Below, piece after piece: positions 46,656-63,314 of a stretch of DNA of 64,000 nt. Position 1 is the first letter of the stretch, and the number at the start of each line of letters is the position of its first letter. Position numbers and translations under genes: made by a program. Under the pieces are notes generated by a model that worked only from the letters and a program-made list of their open reading frames with translations, was not told where the DNA came from and made no database searches. The stretch lies in NCBI RefSeq assembly GCF_009914755.1, contig NC_060929.1; one strand, written 5' to 3'. The DNA is from the human T2T-CHM13v2.0 reference genome, Homo sapiens.

Positions 46656-47804
46656 AACAGTCATACAAATCTATAATGAGATATGATGATATTCAAAATG
46701 TTTAATTAGAGCAATAGAGTCACAAATCAATCTTAACCAACCTACAGATAAATTGTAACGGATGTAAGTCCTAAACAATTTATACTGGTGAGAGTTTGCA
46801 TATCTCCATTAGTGAGAGTTTAAATTTCTAAATATATATGCATTAAAGAGGGTAGATATTATCATATTTTATTAAAGGGAATTAAAAGAAACCAAGAATA
46901 AAGTGCATAAATTATTTCACAATAAAAATAGGTCCTTTATAAAATCATCATTTTTGCTTCTTCTATTTTGATCTACTAGGTCATTTGCAACCCACCCTCA
47001 AGAAGTCTCATTTTTACCAAGAATCTGTCAAGCTGTATTGTATTGTTGATGCAAAAAAAGCTGACAAGTTCAACAATTTCTTTTGACTCAAAGTATAAAT
47101 AGCAATGTTTAGAATGCTAACCAAAACCTCTATAGTATGACTATAACGTAACGTGGCCTGCCAATAAATAATTACAATATTAAGAGATGTTTACACACAA
47201 TGCTTAAATATTATTAGAATTTCTTGTGTGTTTTTTTTTTTAACCATTATGTATTACTCTGATCTGGACAAATGCAATCAATGACTGCCTACCTTACTAG
47301 AGTATTGATTTGAGCTGAGCAATTTGTAAGGAAATGTAGAGAATACATGTCATTATACGTATTTATTTGCTACCTTATAATTATCTAGAACAAACTTTAT
47401 GTAGTCACCTCCTACAACAGAACTTCTAATTGCCTTAATCTCTTCAAAACCCAGAAAAGACAAAACAAGGGAAGGAGAAGGAGTTTATTATCCTCTTTGT
47501 TCTGGGTTAATATCCATTCTACATTTATTTTAATGTTCATCAATTAATAGATGAATATATATTCATCTATATATATGGCACTTCCAAAATTTTTAGTCAC
47601 ATTTGCTTTATCAGAGTGAGCTCTTAACTCTATTCTGAGTCTCCCTTACTCATGGAGTAATAATGATTTCCAAGCACAAATAAATTAAATTTTACTAGAA
47701 ATTGAAATATGAATCTGGTGAATTTAATTTTTTACAATAATTTGAATACAATTGTATGATGTACATTCTTCTAATTATCTGGGACATATTATATGTTCCA
47801 AAGA

Positions 47805-48330
47805 TGTTGAAACAATATCCATTATTTGTTCCACAGCTCTTCTAGAACCTTGCAACGTCCCTATCAAGAGGATCCCTTTGGCCCTTTCTTGACCTTGTGG
47901 GCTTTTCTGAGCGCTTTGGCCAATACTATATGGCAAAAAATGATGCATTTGAATTCTGAGATTGTGTCATGAAAAAGTCATGAAGTTCCACTTCATTTTC
48001 CTTAGGATGATTTTTCTTTGAATCCAGCAACCATTCTGAGAGGAAAATTAAAATAGTCCATGCAGAAAGGCCACATGAAATGGCTAGGTGTGGTTGCTAG
48101 GGATGGCAATTTAGCTGAGGTTCCAACTGCCAGCACACATCAAGTTTCAGATATGAGATTGAAGATGTCTCCAGACTATTTGAGTTCCATGTTGTTGAGT
48201 CACATCACAGAGCAGAGAAAGATTGCTCCATCTGTCCAAATTCCTGATAAAAAAAAATCATGGCAATAATAAAATTTTAATATGTACTACCAGATTTGGT
48301 GTGATTTGTTACATACAATAGTAACTGAAA
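47805..48330 (+). mobile_element. MLT1H-like solo LTR
   Basis: ctttggccaatactatatggcaaaaaatgatgc, ccagcaaccattctgagagga, cacagagcagaga, tttggtgtgatttgttacatacaatagtaactgaaa. Confidence 0.72.
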
Positions 48331-51300
48331 AGTCAAAGTACATACTTTATTTGTATTTTAATTTTTATATTTTAGATACATATTTTAGATACATCGCCGA
48401 TAACAGTGATGGTACTGTGGTGCAAAAACTGGGCTATTCTAAAATTGCTCTGTGCTCTCAGTCTTAATTGTCTGGATAATGTTAGTTGAGAAGAAAATGC
48501 CTTCCTATTCTCACAGGCACAGAGCTTCTGTTTCCCATTTGTCCTGTGGCTTCTGCAGCTTGCTAGAGGGCCTACAATGTCCCACACTGACCAAGACTTC
48601 CAGGTTTGGACAACATGTGATGCCAGACAACTCTTAGGAATTGCTGGAAGCCAAATTTAGAATGGCTGGTGCTGGATAAGTAACTCTCACATTTGCCCTA
48701 TTAGAATGTACAAAGACAACAATATGGAAGATAGTGTCCATCTACTAAATTATGAATGTACATTTATTGTCCGACAAATGACTTGAACTCTGATTGTTCT
48801 CTTTATGCAGGTAATGGGAAAATTAGGAATCTGTACATATTATAATTGTTCAACTGGCTTTGTGTTTTTTTTTTCTTTTGCTCGTGCAAGCCAATTTCCT
48901 AACTCATGACATGTGACTATGCAATTCCTCACAAGCTCTGCTTCACGTAATACCCGAGCACTGACTTATCTTGCATGACAATTAGGAAAACAGTGTTTAA
49001 TTATACTTCAAAATGCTTAAATTCAGTATCACATTGAAATATTACTTAAAGCATGTGACTTCAAAGAAATAGAAGCTATGTAAGAGTTTTAGAAAATTTA
49101 ATCAGTTATTTATTGATGCTGCAATATTGAATAATTAGGTATATGAAACATTCATGTATCAAGCAAATCTTAATCTATTCTCAGATTCCAATTTGCTTTT
49201 ATAGGAATTGCTCAATTTTCAGAATAATGTTTCTGTTATTTGTAGTAAATATAGTTTATAATTCCTATTTGGCAATCTCCACTGCAATATTTCTTAGGTT
49301 TATGTGATTCTTTTCTACTGACAATTTTACTTTTTAAATAAAAAAAATCCCATAGCTCAGCTGTGTTACTTTCACTGAATTATGCATGTTCTGTGTGTAC
49401 AACACTGCCTGAATTTTTTAAATCTAGAAATGTTCCAAAACAAGTTTTTTGAAAGACCAATAATCTGCTTTTTCATAAGAGTTTCCAATTCTTTGTTACA
49501 TATTTATGATGGTTAATTCAAGAGTATCTGAGCTTCCAGTTTTATGGAAGGAAGAAACTCCTAAAGAATATATCCATGAAGAGAAAGCATGAAGCTCCAA
49601 AGTATTAACCCACATATACTTTGGGTAGATATATATGCAGTAACAAAACTGCAAGTGGTCAGCTATATTTTCAAACCTACTAGTCCTTATTGGGGTATCT
49701 TAAGAGTTGAACTATTTCTATTGACAGTTTTTTGTGATACGGTCTCAAATATTCAATCAAACTGAGCTATGTACATATCAAGCAGATAAAGACAAGTCCT
49801 TGGCAAATACACAGAGCATGGTTTAATCCACATGTTTACCAAAAACAGGGCTATATTTCTTTCACTCCTCTCAACATATATGCCTATGGCATTGAGATAG
49901 TTCTCTTGCTCCCTATATGCTATATTAGGTTAGCGCTTGATGTCTGTTATGAAGCCCAAAACTGTTCATTTAAGGAATGGCCTGTGCAGGCTTACTCTGA
50001 TTAAAAAAATCTCTATACATTGCAAAAATCCTTTGCCAGCTCATAACTTGTCTTTCTTGCTAGGCAATGGGAAAGGAAAATACTGGTATACATCCCTAAA
50101 AGATAATAATCTTTTTAAATTTAAAAATGTGAACTATCCTACCATTCACATTTATTTCAAGAGTGAGTTACACAAAAACTATGTTAGGGTTTGCTCAGAT
50201 TAACAAGTTTTCCTTGGACTGAGTCTGTTTTCAGAGACAGGTATGTTGGAAAGCAGAAGCATGCCCAACAAATAAGCGTCCACCAGGAATTGAGGGGGAA
50301 AAAAGTATCTATATGGAGAATATGCTGCTTAATATTTGTTACACATACAATTGTTCTCATTGAAACTTTGACTTTTCTATCAATAATCCTATTTTTTTTC
50401 TTAAGAAAATAGTCTGGGTGGTGGTTTGCTTTGCTTTTACCCATCAAAGTTGAAATGACTCACCCACAGAACACCACAGTGAGTAAGTCTCCATGTGTCT
50501 GCCACTCTTAACAGAAGTGATCATCACAGATCAGATATGAGAAACAAAGGAAAAAGAAATAATTAGTAGAAGTCTGAGGGAACACTATTTTGAGTGAAAT
50601 GAAAGAAAAATTTATTTTTAATACAAATCATATTGGTTTTGTCTGCCTTATGTTCTGAGTCTTTCAATCATTGCTGTATAAAATGACTCATTCAATTTAG
50701 TATCTGGCATGGAAAATAATTCTCTCCTGCTATTTGCCATGAATTTCCATAAAACATTCTGGCATAGTCAGCATAAGGTTGTGAGTAAATTCAGTATTCT
50801 GATAAATTATTAAGTATACATGTGAGGCTTATCCTCCTGTCAGAAGATAATCATTGCGTTGAAATAAGGTAGGTAAAATATTTGTCATTCTTCCCATTCC
50901 TGTCTTACCTTTCTATTCTTGCTGATGTGTATGCAATTTAAAAATATGCTATACTTTGTGAGGGCACACTGAAATCTGAAAAGGAAAAGGAAAGTTTGCA
51001 TTCCAAATGGGATCAACCAAGAGTCCTTCACATAGAGTGGATGACTAAAACAAAATTCTAACTCCATCTGGGAAACAACCATTTTATCAGATAACAAAAT
51101 TTGGTATCAAATAATTTAAAAGCCCAATAATAAAATGTGATATTGATTAAGCTGAAAATAGCCTATGATTCTTAACTAAAATTTTATAAATATACAATTA
51201 ACTGTAAGTAGGACAAAGGATCAAATTTGTGATGGTCAAACAGCATGCATCAAATGAGTGACTGTTGTCTATAGCTTTTAAAGTTGCCCTAAGATATTGC

Positions 51301-52784
51301 CTTTCTTTTTGTTGGAGAAAAAGTTCTATGTAAACGCTAAGGAAGAATTTATTGCTAACCATAAAAAATGTTTAAAGAAATGCCATAAGGCAGCTGTAAA
51401 AATATGAACTAGAATCATAATATCTCAAAACTAGGAATATTTAGAAAAACAATTTAGAGTTTGAAATCTGCTAAACAGAGATCATTAACTTTCCATAACA
51501 GATGCCAGATGAAGTTACCAGATAGAGTAGAAAAGAGAAGCCTACACTTAATTCCCCAATCTAAAGTTCTGCCTTTGCTCTTTTCCAGACATCTGCTCTA
51601 AAGACAGAATAATTTGCATCACCTCTGGACATAATAGACTGTTCCTCTAATTACTAAAGGGCTAATTAAAAGTCAAATTATTGGGAAAGTTTCAATTGTA
51701 ATTCACCTGTAACTCACCAGTCTGTCTGTAACATACAGAGAAGATTCTGAAGAACCTATAGAATCTTGACCATTAAGATTGTGAGACAAACATGAAAATG
51801 AAGTCAAGTTAGAAAAGATTGATTTTGGGTGATAGAATATTTCAGTGAAGAGCACTGTTCATTTATTATTCCAAACTGCGACCTCTACAGTGCTTTCATG
51901 CCACTAAAATTGGATATATAGAACCGACTGGGGGAAATTTACAACTCTGATACTAGAGCTTTAGAAAGTAAAGGTGCCCTCTAACATGACTGCCTCCCTT
52001 CCATCTTCTTTTTTTTAACCTCCCTTTAATTATATTATAAAATTGCTTCTTAGTTTTACTTCTATTTTAGACATTATCTCCTGAATCTCTTCAATAGTCA
52101 ATTTGGATGTTACTCCCTTTTACATATTTTAATAAAACCATGAGCATTTATCTTTTTTGTATTTTCAGTATAATTTAATAAAGACTTTTGGTTATATTGA
52201 TATTTATTGTTTAATTGTAATTCTAAACATTGTTTGCTGCCAAGTAAAGTAATAGCACATTTATTTTATTGTATTATTATTGTTTTGGGGTGAATGATTT
52301 TCCTTGTGGTGATTCAATTCATTTTCCTATGTATTTCACTAATTGACCCCTAACTCTGATACAATTCTGAAATATCTAAAAAATAACCTCTATCAGACAT
52401 TCTATTCTGGTGTTTTGCTCTTCTCTTCTGAATTTCTAAATCTATTACTGTCTGCACGGGTTGCTCTCTATGTACTTCTCTAGGTAGCTTTTACATTTTC
52501 TTGATTATTCTTGTTATTTCTTTTTTCATGTTAGATTTCCTCTTTATTTGGTACTATATATTTATCTTTCTTATCAATTATTTTGCATAACATGTTGGAA
52601 CAGGGAAAGTGAACATTTTGAGACCATTCAAATCTAAAAATCTTCATATTTAGTTTAATGCTTGATTGAGAGTTTGGCTGGATATCAAATTTTTGGTTAG
52701 AAATAATTATATTCCAGAATTTTTAGACTATTTTGTTTTAGATTCAAATGTATTCATTGATCAGTCTCACTGTTATTTCTCCTT

Positions 52785-53598
52785 TTTAATTTTTAAAAAA
52801 TATATTTAGGGGGTACAAATGCAGATTTACTACATTCCTACATATTGTGTTGTGGTAAAGTTTGGGCTTTTAGTGTACTCATCACCTGAATAGAAAACTT
52901 GTACTCAATAGGTAATTTTTCAGCTCTCACTTCCCCCACAACTTCCCGCCTTTTAAAGTCTCCAATGTGTATTATTCCACTTTGTATGTACATGTGTGCA
53001 AATTATTTTGCTCTCACTTATAAGTGAGAACTTACGGTATTTGACTTTCTTCTTCTGCATTATTTCACTGAGTATTATGACCTCCACTTCTATCCATCTT
53101 GCTGCAAAAGACACAATTTAATTTGTTTTAAGGCTGAGTTGTATTTGATGGTATATATATACCACATTTTCTCTACCCAACTCGCATTAATGAACACTTA
53201 GATTGATTCCATGTCTTTGTTTGCTATTTTTAGTAGTGCTGTGAAAAACATACGAGTATAGGTATCTTTTTGATATAATAATTTATTTCCCTTTGAGTAT
53301 ATTCCCAGCAATGGGAATGCTGAATAGTAGTTCTCTTTTTAGTTATTTGAGAAATCACCATACTGTTTTCCATAAAGCTTGGATTAATTCACATTCCCAC
53401 CAATGGTACATAGGCATTCCCTTTTCTCTACAACCTTGCCAATGTCTGTTTCAGACTTTTCAATAGCCATTGTGACTGGTGTAAGATGCTATCTGATTGT
53501 GGCTTTAATTTGCATTTCTCTAATGATTAGTGATATTGAGCATTTTTCTCATATGTTTGATGGCTACTTGTATGTCTTCTTTTGAAAAATATCTGTTC

Positions 53599-53601
<3 letters not shown>
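52785..53601 (-). mobile_element. L1PB4-like 3' portion
   Basis: atttagggggtacaaatgcagattt...cacttataagtgagaac...tttgcatttctctaatgattagtgat. Confidence 0.85.
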
Positions 53602-53673
<72 letters not shown>

Positions 53674-53676
53674 TAT
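53602..53676. repeat. Compound (TC)n(TA)n microsatellite
   Basis: Visible directly; the L1 ends at it. Confidence 0.95.
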
Positions 53677-56600
53677 GATGGCTATTTATATCGTGTGGCA
53701 GGGAGAGTGAACACAGTATCTTCCCAGAGATAATTTAATTATTATAGATGATATTTCATCAAGATACAAATGTATATAAAGGTAAATGTTGAAAGTGCAA
53801 AAATAATAAAATGGAAGAGAGAACTTTCAACTTGAAATATTAAGAAGGACTTATAGAACAATTGGTTTAAATTAGACCTTAGAAAATAAGGAGATAAATA
53901 TACGTATATGCTGATAACAGTCCAGGGCAGCTTGCATAGACTCTGTGCCGGATGAAGTGACAGATCTGAAAATTAAGATATATGTTATGAAGAAGTTTGA
54001 GTGTCAAACAAAGGATGTGGCCAACATGAAAATTAGCATAGGTGTTTATTATTAGAAAAGTTACTTATTATGACAGTTTTATTTTTATTATTTTCACTTC
54101 TAAATATTGTTTTCTTAGCAATGTGTACTATGGTTCATAGGATAAAGTTTGAAGGCTTTGACAATGCTTTGAAGACTCTTGAAAATGAGAGGGAACAAAG
54201 TCCTGGCATATGAGTTAGTTCATGTGCATGCAATGGAGAAAACTGTCCTTGCCTACTTTTCCATAGGACATGGTGTTCGTTAAGTAGACAGGAATATAAT
54301 AAAGAAAGAGATGATGGACCAAATATCTCCAAGAGCTGTAATTTCCAGAACAGTCAAATAAAAAGGCAGGTTTTTATTTTTGGGGTATGTATGGAGAGTG
54401 TGAGGTAGCATCATAAGGAAAGATAATCAATAAAATTTTTAACATTTTTTTGAGTTTTGTCTTTGGTGAGCCTAAAAAATTGTCTTGTAACCATATGTAC
54501 TCTTATTACATCAACTCAAATGTGATTTTTTTAATTTATTAGGATGTTAAGATTTTTCTTATTAATGAGAAAGGTAATCTACTCACATTCATTTCTTTGA
54601 AAGTTGTACTTTTTCTATTGTATTTACCTTTATTACACCTATTGTTTTAATAAAAGGCTAAAATGTTGCAAATAAGTGAGCATAAAATGAACTAAATGCT
54701 TTCCAAATATGAAGTCTCTATAATCAATACTGATTGACGGTAATTTAATGGGAGAAATGTTGGCAATTTTTTCTAAATGCTTTTACCTACATCATCAATT
54801 TCTCCCCCTCTTTAATGAGAAATAAGTTGTCCTCTGTTTATAGTTAAAACATAGTTTAAATTTTCCTAAGGGCTTTAAAAACAGATGGTAACATCTGTTT
54901 AAAACTGATATGGATATTAAGTACAGAAGTACTTAACCACTATTTAAAATTTTATTTCTCTAAGAGGATCTCTATCTATCCCCCACGTATTCAAGAAAAA
55001 AAAATACTTAAAAGTTACCTCTACGCTATGAAAATGTAAATAACACAGAGGTATAAAAATTAAATATATAAATGCTGACAGTTTATACTTTGTCTAGTAA
55101 GGCTAAAAGTTGTTGACTCAATTTGATTCATTATGTGGGCACATTTTTCCTCTATATGTTAAGCTATTTTGTCTCTAGTAGCTTCTCTTTAATTTTTTTT
55201 GTTTCCCTTTACAAGAGAAATGTTTGCCATTGGTGTCTCGTGATGTTCTCTGCATTACTTTTAACATAAACAAAGGCACTATCAACAGTGGTTGGTTAAC
55301 CTGTATATTTATGAATCTGTATTAAGCTCTGAACATTAAAGGTCTAGAGAAGAACATCCAGTATTTAACAGTTCAACTATTGAATAAAATAATTTTATTA
55401 CTACATATAATAAAAGCCATATTGCCAATCTAAAAGACAAAATTTAGAGGCATAGAAAAGTATTCCAATGAAGAATAATTGTCACAGTCATGGTTTAAAC
55501 TTAGGTCTGTTTTCAACATTCTCTCTGGAGGTTAGTTATTCAGATTGTCCTACATTTTCAAAAAATGTAGGTCTTGGCCTCTTGGACTCTTCATTAAATG
55601 TTCAGTGGTATAATTTTTATAATTAACGTGAATTAATTACAATACCTTATTAAAGCACTGCTTTTATGCAGTAACAGAAATGGCCAAAGTAGATATTTAT
55701 TTATTCATTTAAATGTTTCAAAATGTAAATGAATTTAGTATCATTGCATTAGAAAGCTGTGAACTGAAGTGGAGGGTTGAGCCCTTATGAATGACCAGGC
55801 CTCTGTAATAAGTTGATAATAAATTGATAATGTGGAAGTGCTATTAATTATATTCTGCATTCAAAAGGTGCAGTGATTTAATTAATTCTCCTTTATTTTA
55901 AATGCAGCTTCCCAGAGTCTACATCCTTTTCTGAATTATCAAAAGACTGTGGATATTGATAGAGAGTAAAGGCAACTCAAACTCTGATATAAATTTTTGA
56001 AGTTTAAAAAGTGATAGAAAGTTTATTTTGATTTTAAAATATGTGGTTATTTTTATACAATAATGACAAACCAAACTTACATACTACAGTGAAAAATTTT
56101 GGAGAAATACATTATTGTTTGCGAACCATATTTCCAATTGATTACTAACTTATAAATCCTGCCTAAACTCTCTTCCCGTGGTACTAAAATTAAGTTTTTT
56201 TCATTCTTTGAATGATTCCAGGAAATTGCTAAATATGCAGCTCCTAAACTCAGACTATTCTGTGTCTTAATCCAAGAGAAGTCCCAACCACTATCCCTCA
56301 TTTTGAAATGAAAGAGCCACAAAAGGAACGGTTTATCTACTGATGCCAGACCAACATTGCACAGAATTGTGTCTCAACCCAAGCATATCTCTCTACAGAT
56401 GTTGAAGGAAGGGTGTCTGTGTACCCACTGATTCTTCTGCTGATGAACAATAGCATGATTGTTCCAGGTGATTCTTATTGATGACTTTCAGAAGCAGCAC
56501 AGCATGTCTCCTAATATGGAATGGTTTGCTATGCTATTGCATGGCTGAAAGGGTTGACTGGACCACCATGAGGATGGAAAATTTTTCCTGAAGAAATAAT

Positions 56601-56919
56601 AGTGGTGTGGGTGCATTGTCAGTGGGTAACCAATGCTTATGAGAGGACATGTTAGTGAGATCTAAAGGTTCCCATGATTAGGTGGTTGGATTATTCACAT
56701 TATAGGTTACCTTGAGCAGATATGAAGTCCACAGATCTAAGAGTTATGAAGCCCCGGATTAGGTGGTTCACTTGTCAATCATGTCACCATGGAATTTACA
56801 GACTACTGAAGCCTGAAAATATGTTGATAAAGAGGGAACTGAATGGAAAAGAGTGAGGACTGATAATGATTGGTCTAATTGATTGTGGGGGTGAAGGTGG
56901 CAAACATAACACCCCTTAT

Positions 56920-58080
56920 TTTTCTTTCATTTTATTATAATCATCCTTGTGAGTGTGAAATTGTGTCACATTGTGGTTTTGATTTGTATTTCCTTAATGC
57001 CAATGCTATTGAACATCTTTTTATTTGCTTGTTGGTCATTTGTATGTCTTATTTAGAGAAATGTCTATTCAAGTCCTTTGATCATTTTTAAATTGTGTTG
57101 TTCATCTTTTGTTGATAAAGTTTTGTAAACCATTTATATTCTTCATACAGAACCTTTATCGAATGTATAATTTGCAAATATTTTCTCCTATTCTGTGGAT
57201 TGTCTTTTCACTTTCTCAATAGTGTTCATGGGTACACAATGGTTTAAAATTTTAATGAAGTCTAACTTATCTGTTTTCTTTTGTCTCTCATGTTTTGTTG
57301 TCAAATCTAAGATTCCACTGATAAATATGAGGTCATGAGGATTTACATTTACATTTTCTTTTAAGAGTTTTATAATTTTTCTTGTTATATTTATGTCGCT
57401 GATTCATTTTAAGTTGATTATTGAATATCAAATGAAGTAGGGATCCAATTTTATTCTTTTGCATGTGTTTATCAAGTTCTAGCAGTATTTACTGAAGTCT
57501 GGTCTTTTCCCATTGAATGGTCTTAGCACCCTTGTAAAATATCTATTGGCCATAAATGTTTATTTGTTTATTCTTAATTATATTACATTTGGCCTATCCT
57601 TAGGTCAGTTGCATACATTTTTATAATTGTATAGTTTTGTTGTAAGTTTTGAAATCCCCAACTATTTTTGTACAATTGCATATTTCTTTCCAATTCTGTC
57701 AGTTTTTGCTTTACATATTTTAGGACTGTGTTGTTTTCTGTTTATTTCATAATTGTCATGACTTCTTGATGATTTGAACTTTTTATCAAAATACTTGTCC
57801 ATTGATTCTTGCAACAACTTTTACTTGCAATCTACTTTGTCTTATAATAGTATAGCCACTCTAGCTATTATTTGGTTATTATTGAATATTATCTGTATGG
57901 GATACTTTTTTTTTCCATTTGTGTTTTCAAACTATTTGTGTCTCTGATTCTAAAATGAGTCTCCTATAACAATGGAAACTTGTTCTTTTTAAAAAGAATT
58001 ACATTCTATCAATCTCTGCCTTTTAATTGGTGAGTAATCAATTTACATTTAATTTTTTTATTGATAATGAAGATTGACAT
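56920..58080 (-). mobile_element. Ancient L1M fragments
   Basis: cattgtggttttgatttgtatttcc, gagaaatgtctattcaagtcc, atcaatctctgccttttaattgg. Confidence 0.75.
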
Positions 58081-58081
58081 T

Positions 58082-58292
58082 TCCCAAAGAGGAAGAAATC
58101 ATCCTTAAAATGGCAACAGAGAGAACTGATACTGCCTAAGTCTCTATCTTACTGCTGTCTGAAATATGGGCTAAGGACTGTAACATCAACTCTTACCTAA
58201 ATTTCTAGCCTGCTAACCTGTACTACAAATCTCAGACATGCCAGCCTCAACAATCCTGTAAGCCATTCTTTAAATCTACCTTTCTCTCTCCA
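58082..58292 (+). mobile_element. MLT2 (ERVL) LTR fragment
   Basis: aaggactgtaacatcaactcttacctaaatttctagcctgct...gccagcctcaacaatcctgtaagccattctttaaatct. Confidence 0.75.
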
Positions 58293-58971
58293 TATAATAT
58301 GTACATAAACACTATGTATATACAATGTTAAATATAACCACTATATATATTTAACCATTATATATATAAATAATATATATTAAACACAAGAAGTCAAAAT
58401 ACATCAAACTATTTTTTCAATAAGCATTCCAGTGGACACTGCAAGTATTTGACCACAGTCCAGTGTTGGAAAATAATTTATTCTGATAGTTCTTGCCAGC
58501 TCAATAATTATTCTCATGGAAGGACTGGTTTCTAAAGCCTCCTACCATCTTCCATAAAATCATGCTGTTTTTTAAATTTATATCTGTTTCATAGTATAAT
58601 TTTTTCAGATTCTAATTTTTATATATTACTTTTGTGCATATGTGTCCAATATACCTACACGCCATACACACACACACACACACATATATTTCTTCTCTGC
58701 ATGATCACCCTGTTCCTGGGATTTTGTTTTATACCATCTAGTTTGCCTTCTTTATATAATCTCTTGTTTGAATTATGTGTTTTCTTGTTTCATAGCAAAT
58801 GTGACTTTCCTATCTTTCCTTTGTCCTTACCCACCCCCGCCCCCAGTTTATTTTAACTGACAGAAATGGGTAAAGATAACAATTCTCTTCTATCTTAAAT
58901 CCCAAACCATGGTCTTAAATATTGTCAGATTTATTTCTTTACTTTTATTTTGTATATGTTTTACATATAAA

Positions 58972-59110
58972 TTTCCATTTGTGTTTTCAAACTGTGTCTC
59001 TGATTCTAAAATGAGTCTCTTATAACAATGGAAACTTGTTCTTTTTTAAAAAATTACATTTTATCAATCTTTGCCTTTTAATTGGTGAGTTTAATCAATT
59101 TACATTAAAT
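58972..59110 (+). repeat. Second copy of 57912-58053
   Basis: Near-identical ~140-bp direct repeat, 1060 bp downstream. Confidence 0.92.
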
Positions 59111-61164
59111 AAATTTCAGGATCAACCCAAAAATTAAATAAGTAAATGTTAGGATGATATATTACATATTTAGATATATAAAGATTTTAATATAACAGGC
59201 ACAGATCTTGATTATCCACACATACTCACACATATAATTGGTGAGCAGTTAGGTAATGAATTTAAGTTTAATATAATATTTTGTTGCATGAAAATATATG
59301 CAAATCCTCATCTATTCATAGTAATGATAATTTAGTCAGTGAATGAGACTTTTTCTACACGCATATCATAACACAGATAAGCATACACAAGTCTTTATGG
59401 TAATTTCTTCAAATATGCATCTTAAGGAACAAATTTCATTTTCAAGTAATTTGTTATAATTATATAGCTGTAGAAATTACCACGTAACATTTTTATTATT
59501 AATATATGATGTATTTTATTTTTACTATACAAGAAAAAGACCTGCTTCAATTCTCAGGCTTAATGAAAACACAACTTTGTAATTAATATCACAAAGCTTT
59601 GCTGTGTGTACACCTGATTTAACTACTAACTTTATGTTAAAAATTAATCCATGCTCTCTTTGAAGTTCAGAGAAAATACCATCTTCAATCTTATTTTATA
59701 CTTGGCTTATCCCAAACCGACACTAAACAAATTTATCATGGCTCTATTACCTTGAAATTAACGTTTCTTGAATTTACATGCTACGGCATGTAGACTTTAA
59801 AAACTAAATTACTCATATTAAATTTTTGTATTTTAATTGTTCTTATTCTCTAGTCTTAATAATTATGGGTTATATAGAGTTTTGATCCTTAAGAGAGTAA
59901 TAAATTATTACATAAATAAATCCTTAAGTAATATATTATTACAATATCTTGAATAGATATGTCTATATAGTTAGAGGATTTTTTAAAAGTTAAAAAAACC
60001 TTGTTACTTTTCATTAAGATTTCAGACAAAATGCAAATTAGACTAATATAATAAAATGCCTTGAATATTCTTAGAAAAAATATAAATGTCTTTCTCCATT
60101 TTAAAGAAGTAGTTTCTCCGTTTTAAAGAAAGCAAAGGTAAAGTAACATTCATAATATGAAGATTTACTCTTCTCAGCATTTGTTGGAAAAACAGATGTT
60201 TAGGCTCTAACCCAATTTTTAAAATAATTTAACTGTTTTTAAAATGGGTAGTCCGGTTTAAAAATTGATTATACAATTATGGATTTGTTCTTGAATAAGT
60301 TCCTCAAGAATCTGCAGACAAATGTCATTGCAGCACGCAGTTAAATGCCAATTCCTGAGCACTACTGCCAGTGGTCCTCCTAAAATAATTACACAAGAGT
60401 AAAATCTTCTTGTTGTATCAGCAAACGATATTTTTTACCTGCCAACAATGTAATTGAAGTTAGTGTTTTCTTCAATTTAGAGGGTTTAGATTATCAGTAG
60501 AATTTTTAATAATTATTTTTTCATTTCTCAGCAAATATATGCGTATGGAAAAGAGGTGGCAGTCATTTATGGGAATTAAAAGAGATAATGTTTTTTTTTG
60601 ATAATATATTGCATGGTGCCCAATGTTCACAGGCATGTAATTTGCCACACCATATGCCAAATTAAAAAATAATAGTAATTTTCCAATTCACACAAGAAAC
60701 ACTATCAGCATCAGCCATAAGACATATATGTATTGACCCCATTTACTTTTATCTAAGCTTGCTTTTATGTAGTTGTTTTTACTTTATCAAATTTTTAAAA
60801 ATAAACTCATGGAAGTTTATATATATATATTATTTATATATATATATATATATAAAAAGAAGAAATACTTCTTTTTAAAGACAACAAATCTTTGATACCA
60901 GTATGTTAGCAATAAAAAGGGAAACATAAGAAGTATAGATTCATTTTGCATTTGTGCATTATATCACTAATTTTTAAAACTGCTGTGAAATTAGTCAATT
61001 AAATTAATGCATTATTTAATCTCACTAGTGTTAGTCAAGAAATTCATCAAAAATGCTAATTTCTATGGTCATTTCTCTATTTATAACCTATTACCAACTA
61101 TGAGCAACAACCCAAGCTAATTAACTTGACAAAATACTTTCTACAACTTGACTCCGGGGTCCTA

Positions 61165-63314
<2,150 letters not shown>

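Noticed and set aside
50392-50488. Possible exon (ttttttttcttaag acceptor, gtgagtaagt donor)
   Set aside because: Stops in all three frames and no other support; at most a non-coding exon.
55549-55571. cctacatttt...aaaatgtagg inverted repeat
   Set aside because: Short AT-rich stem with no supporting context.
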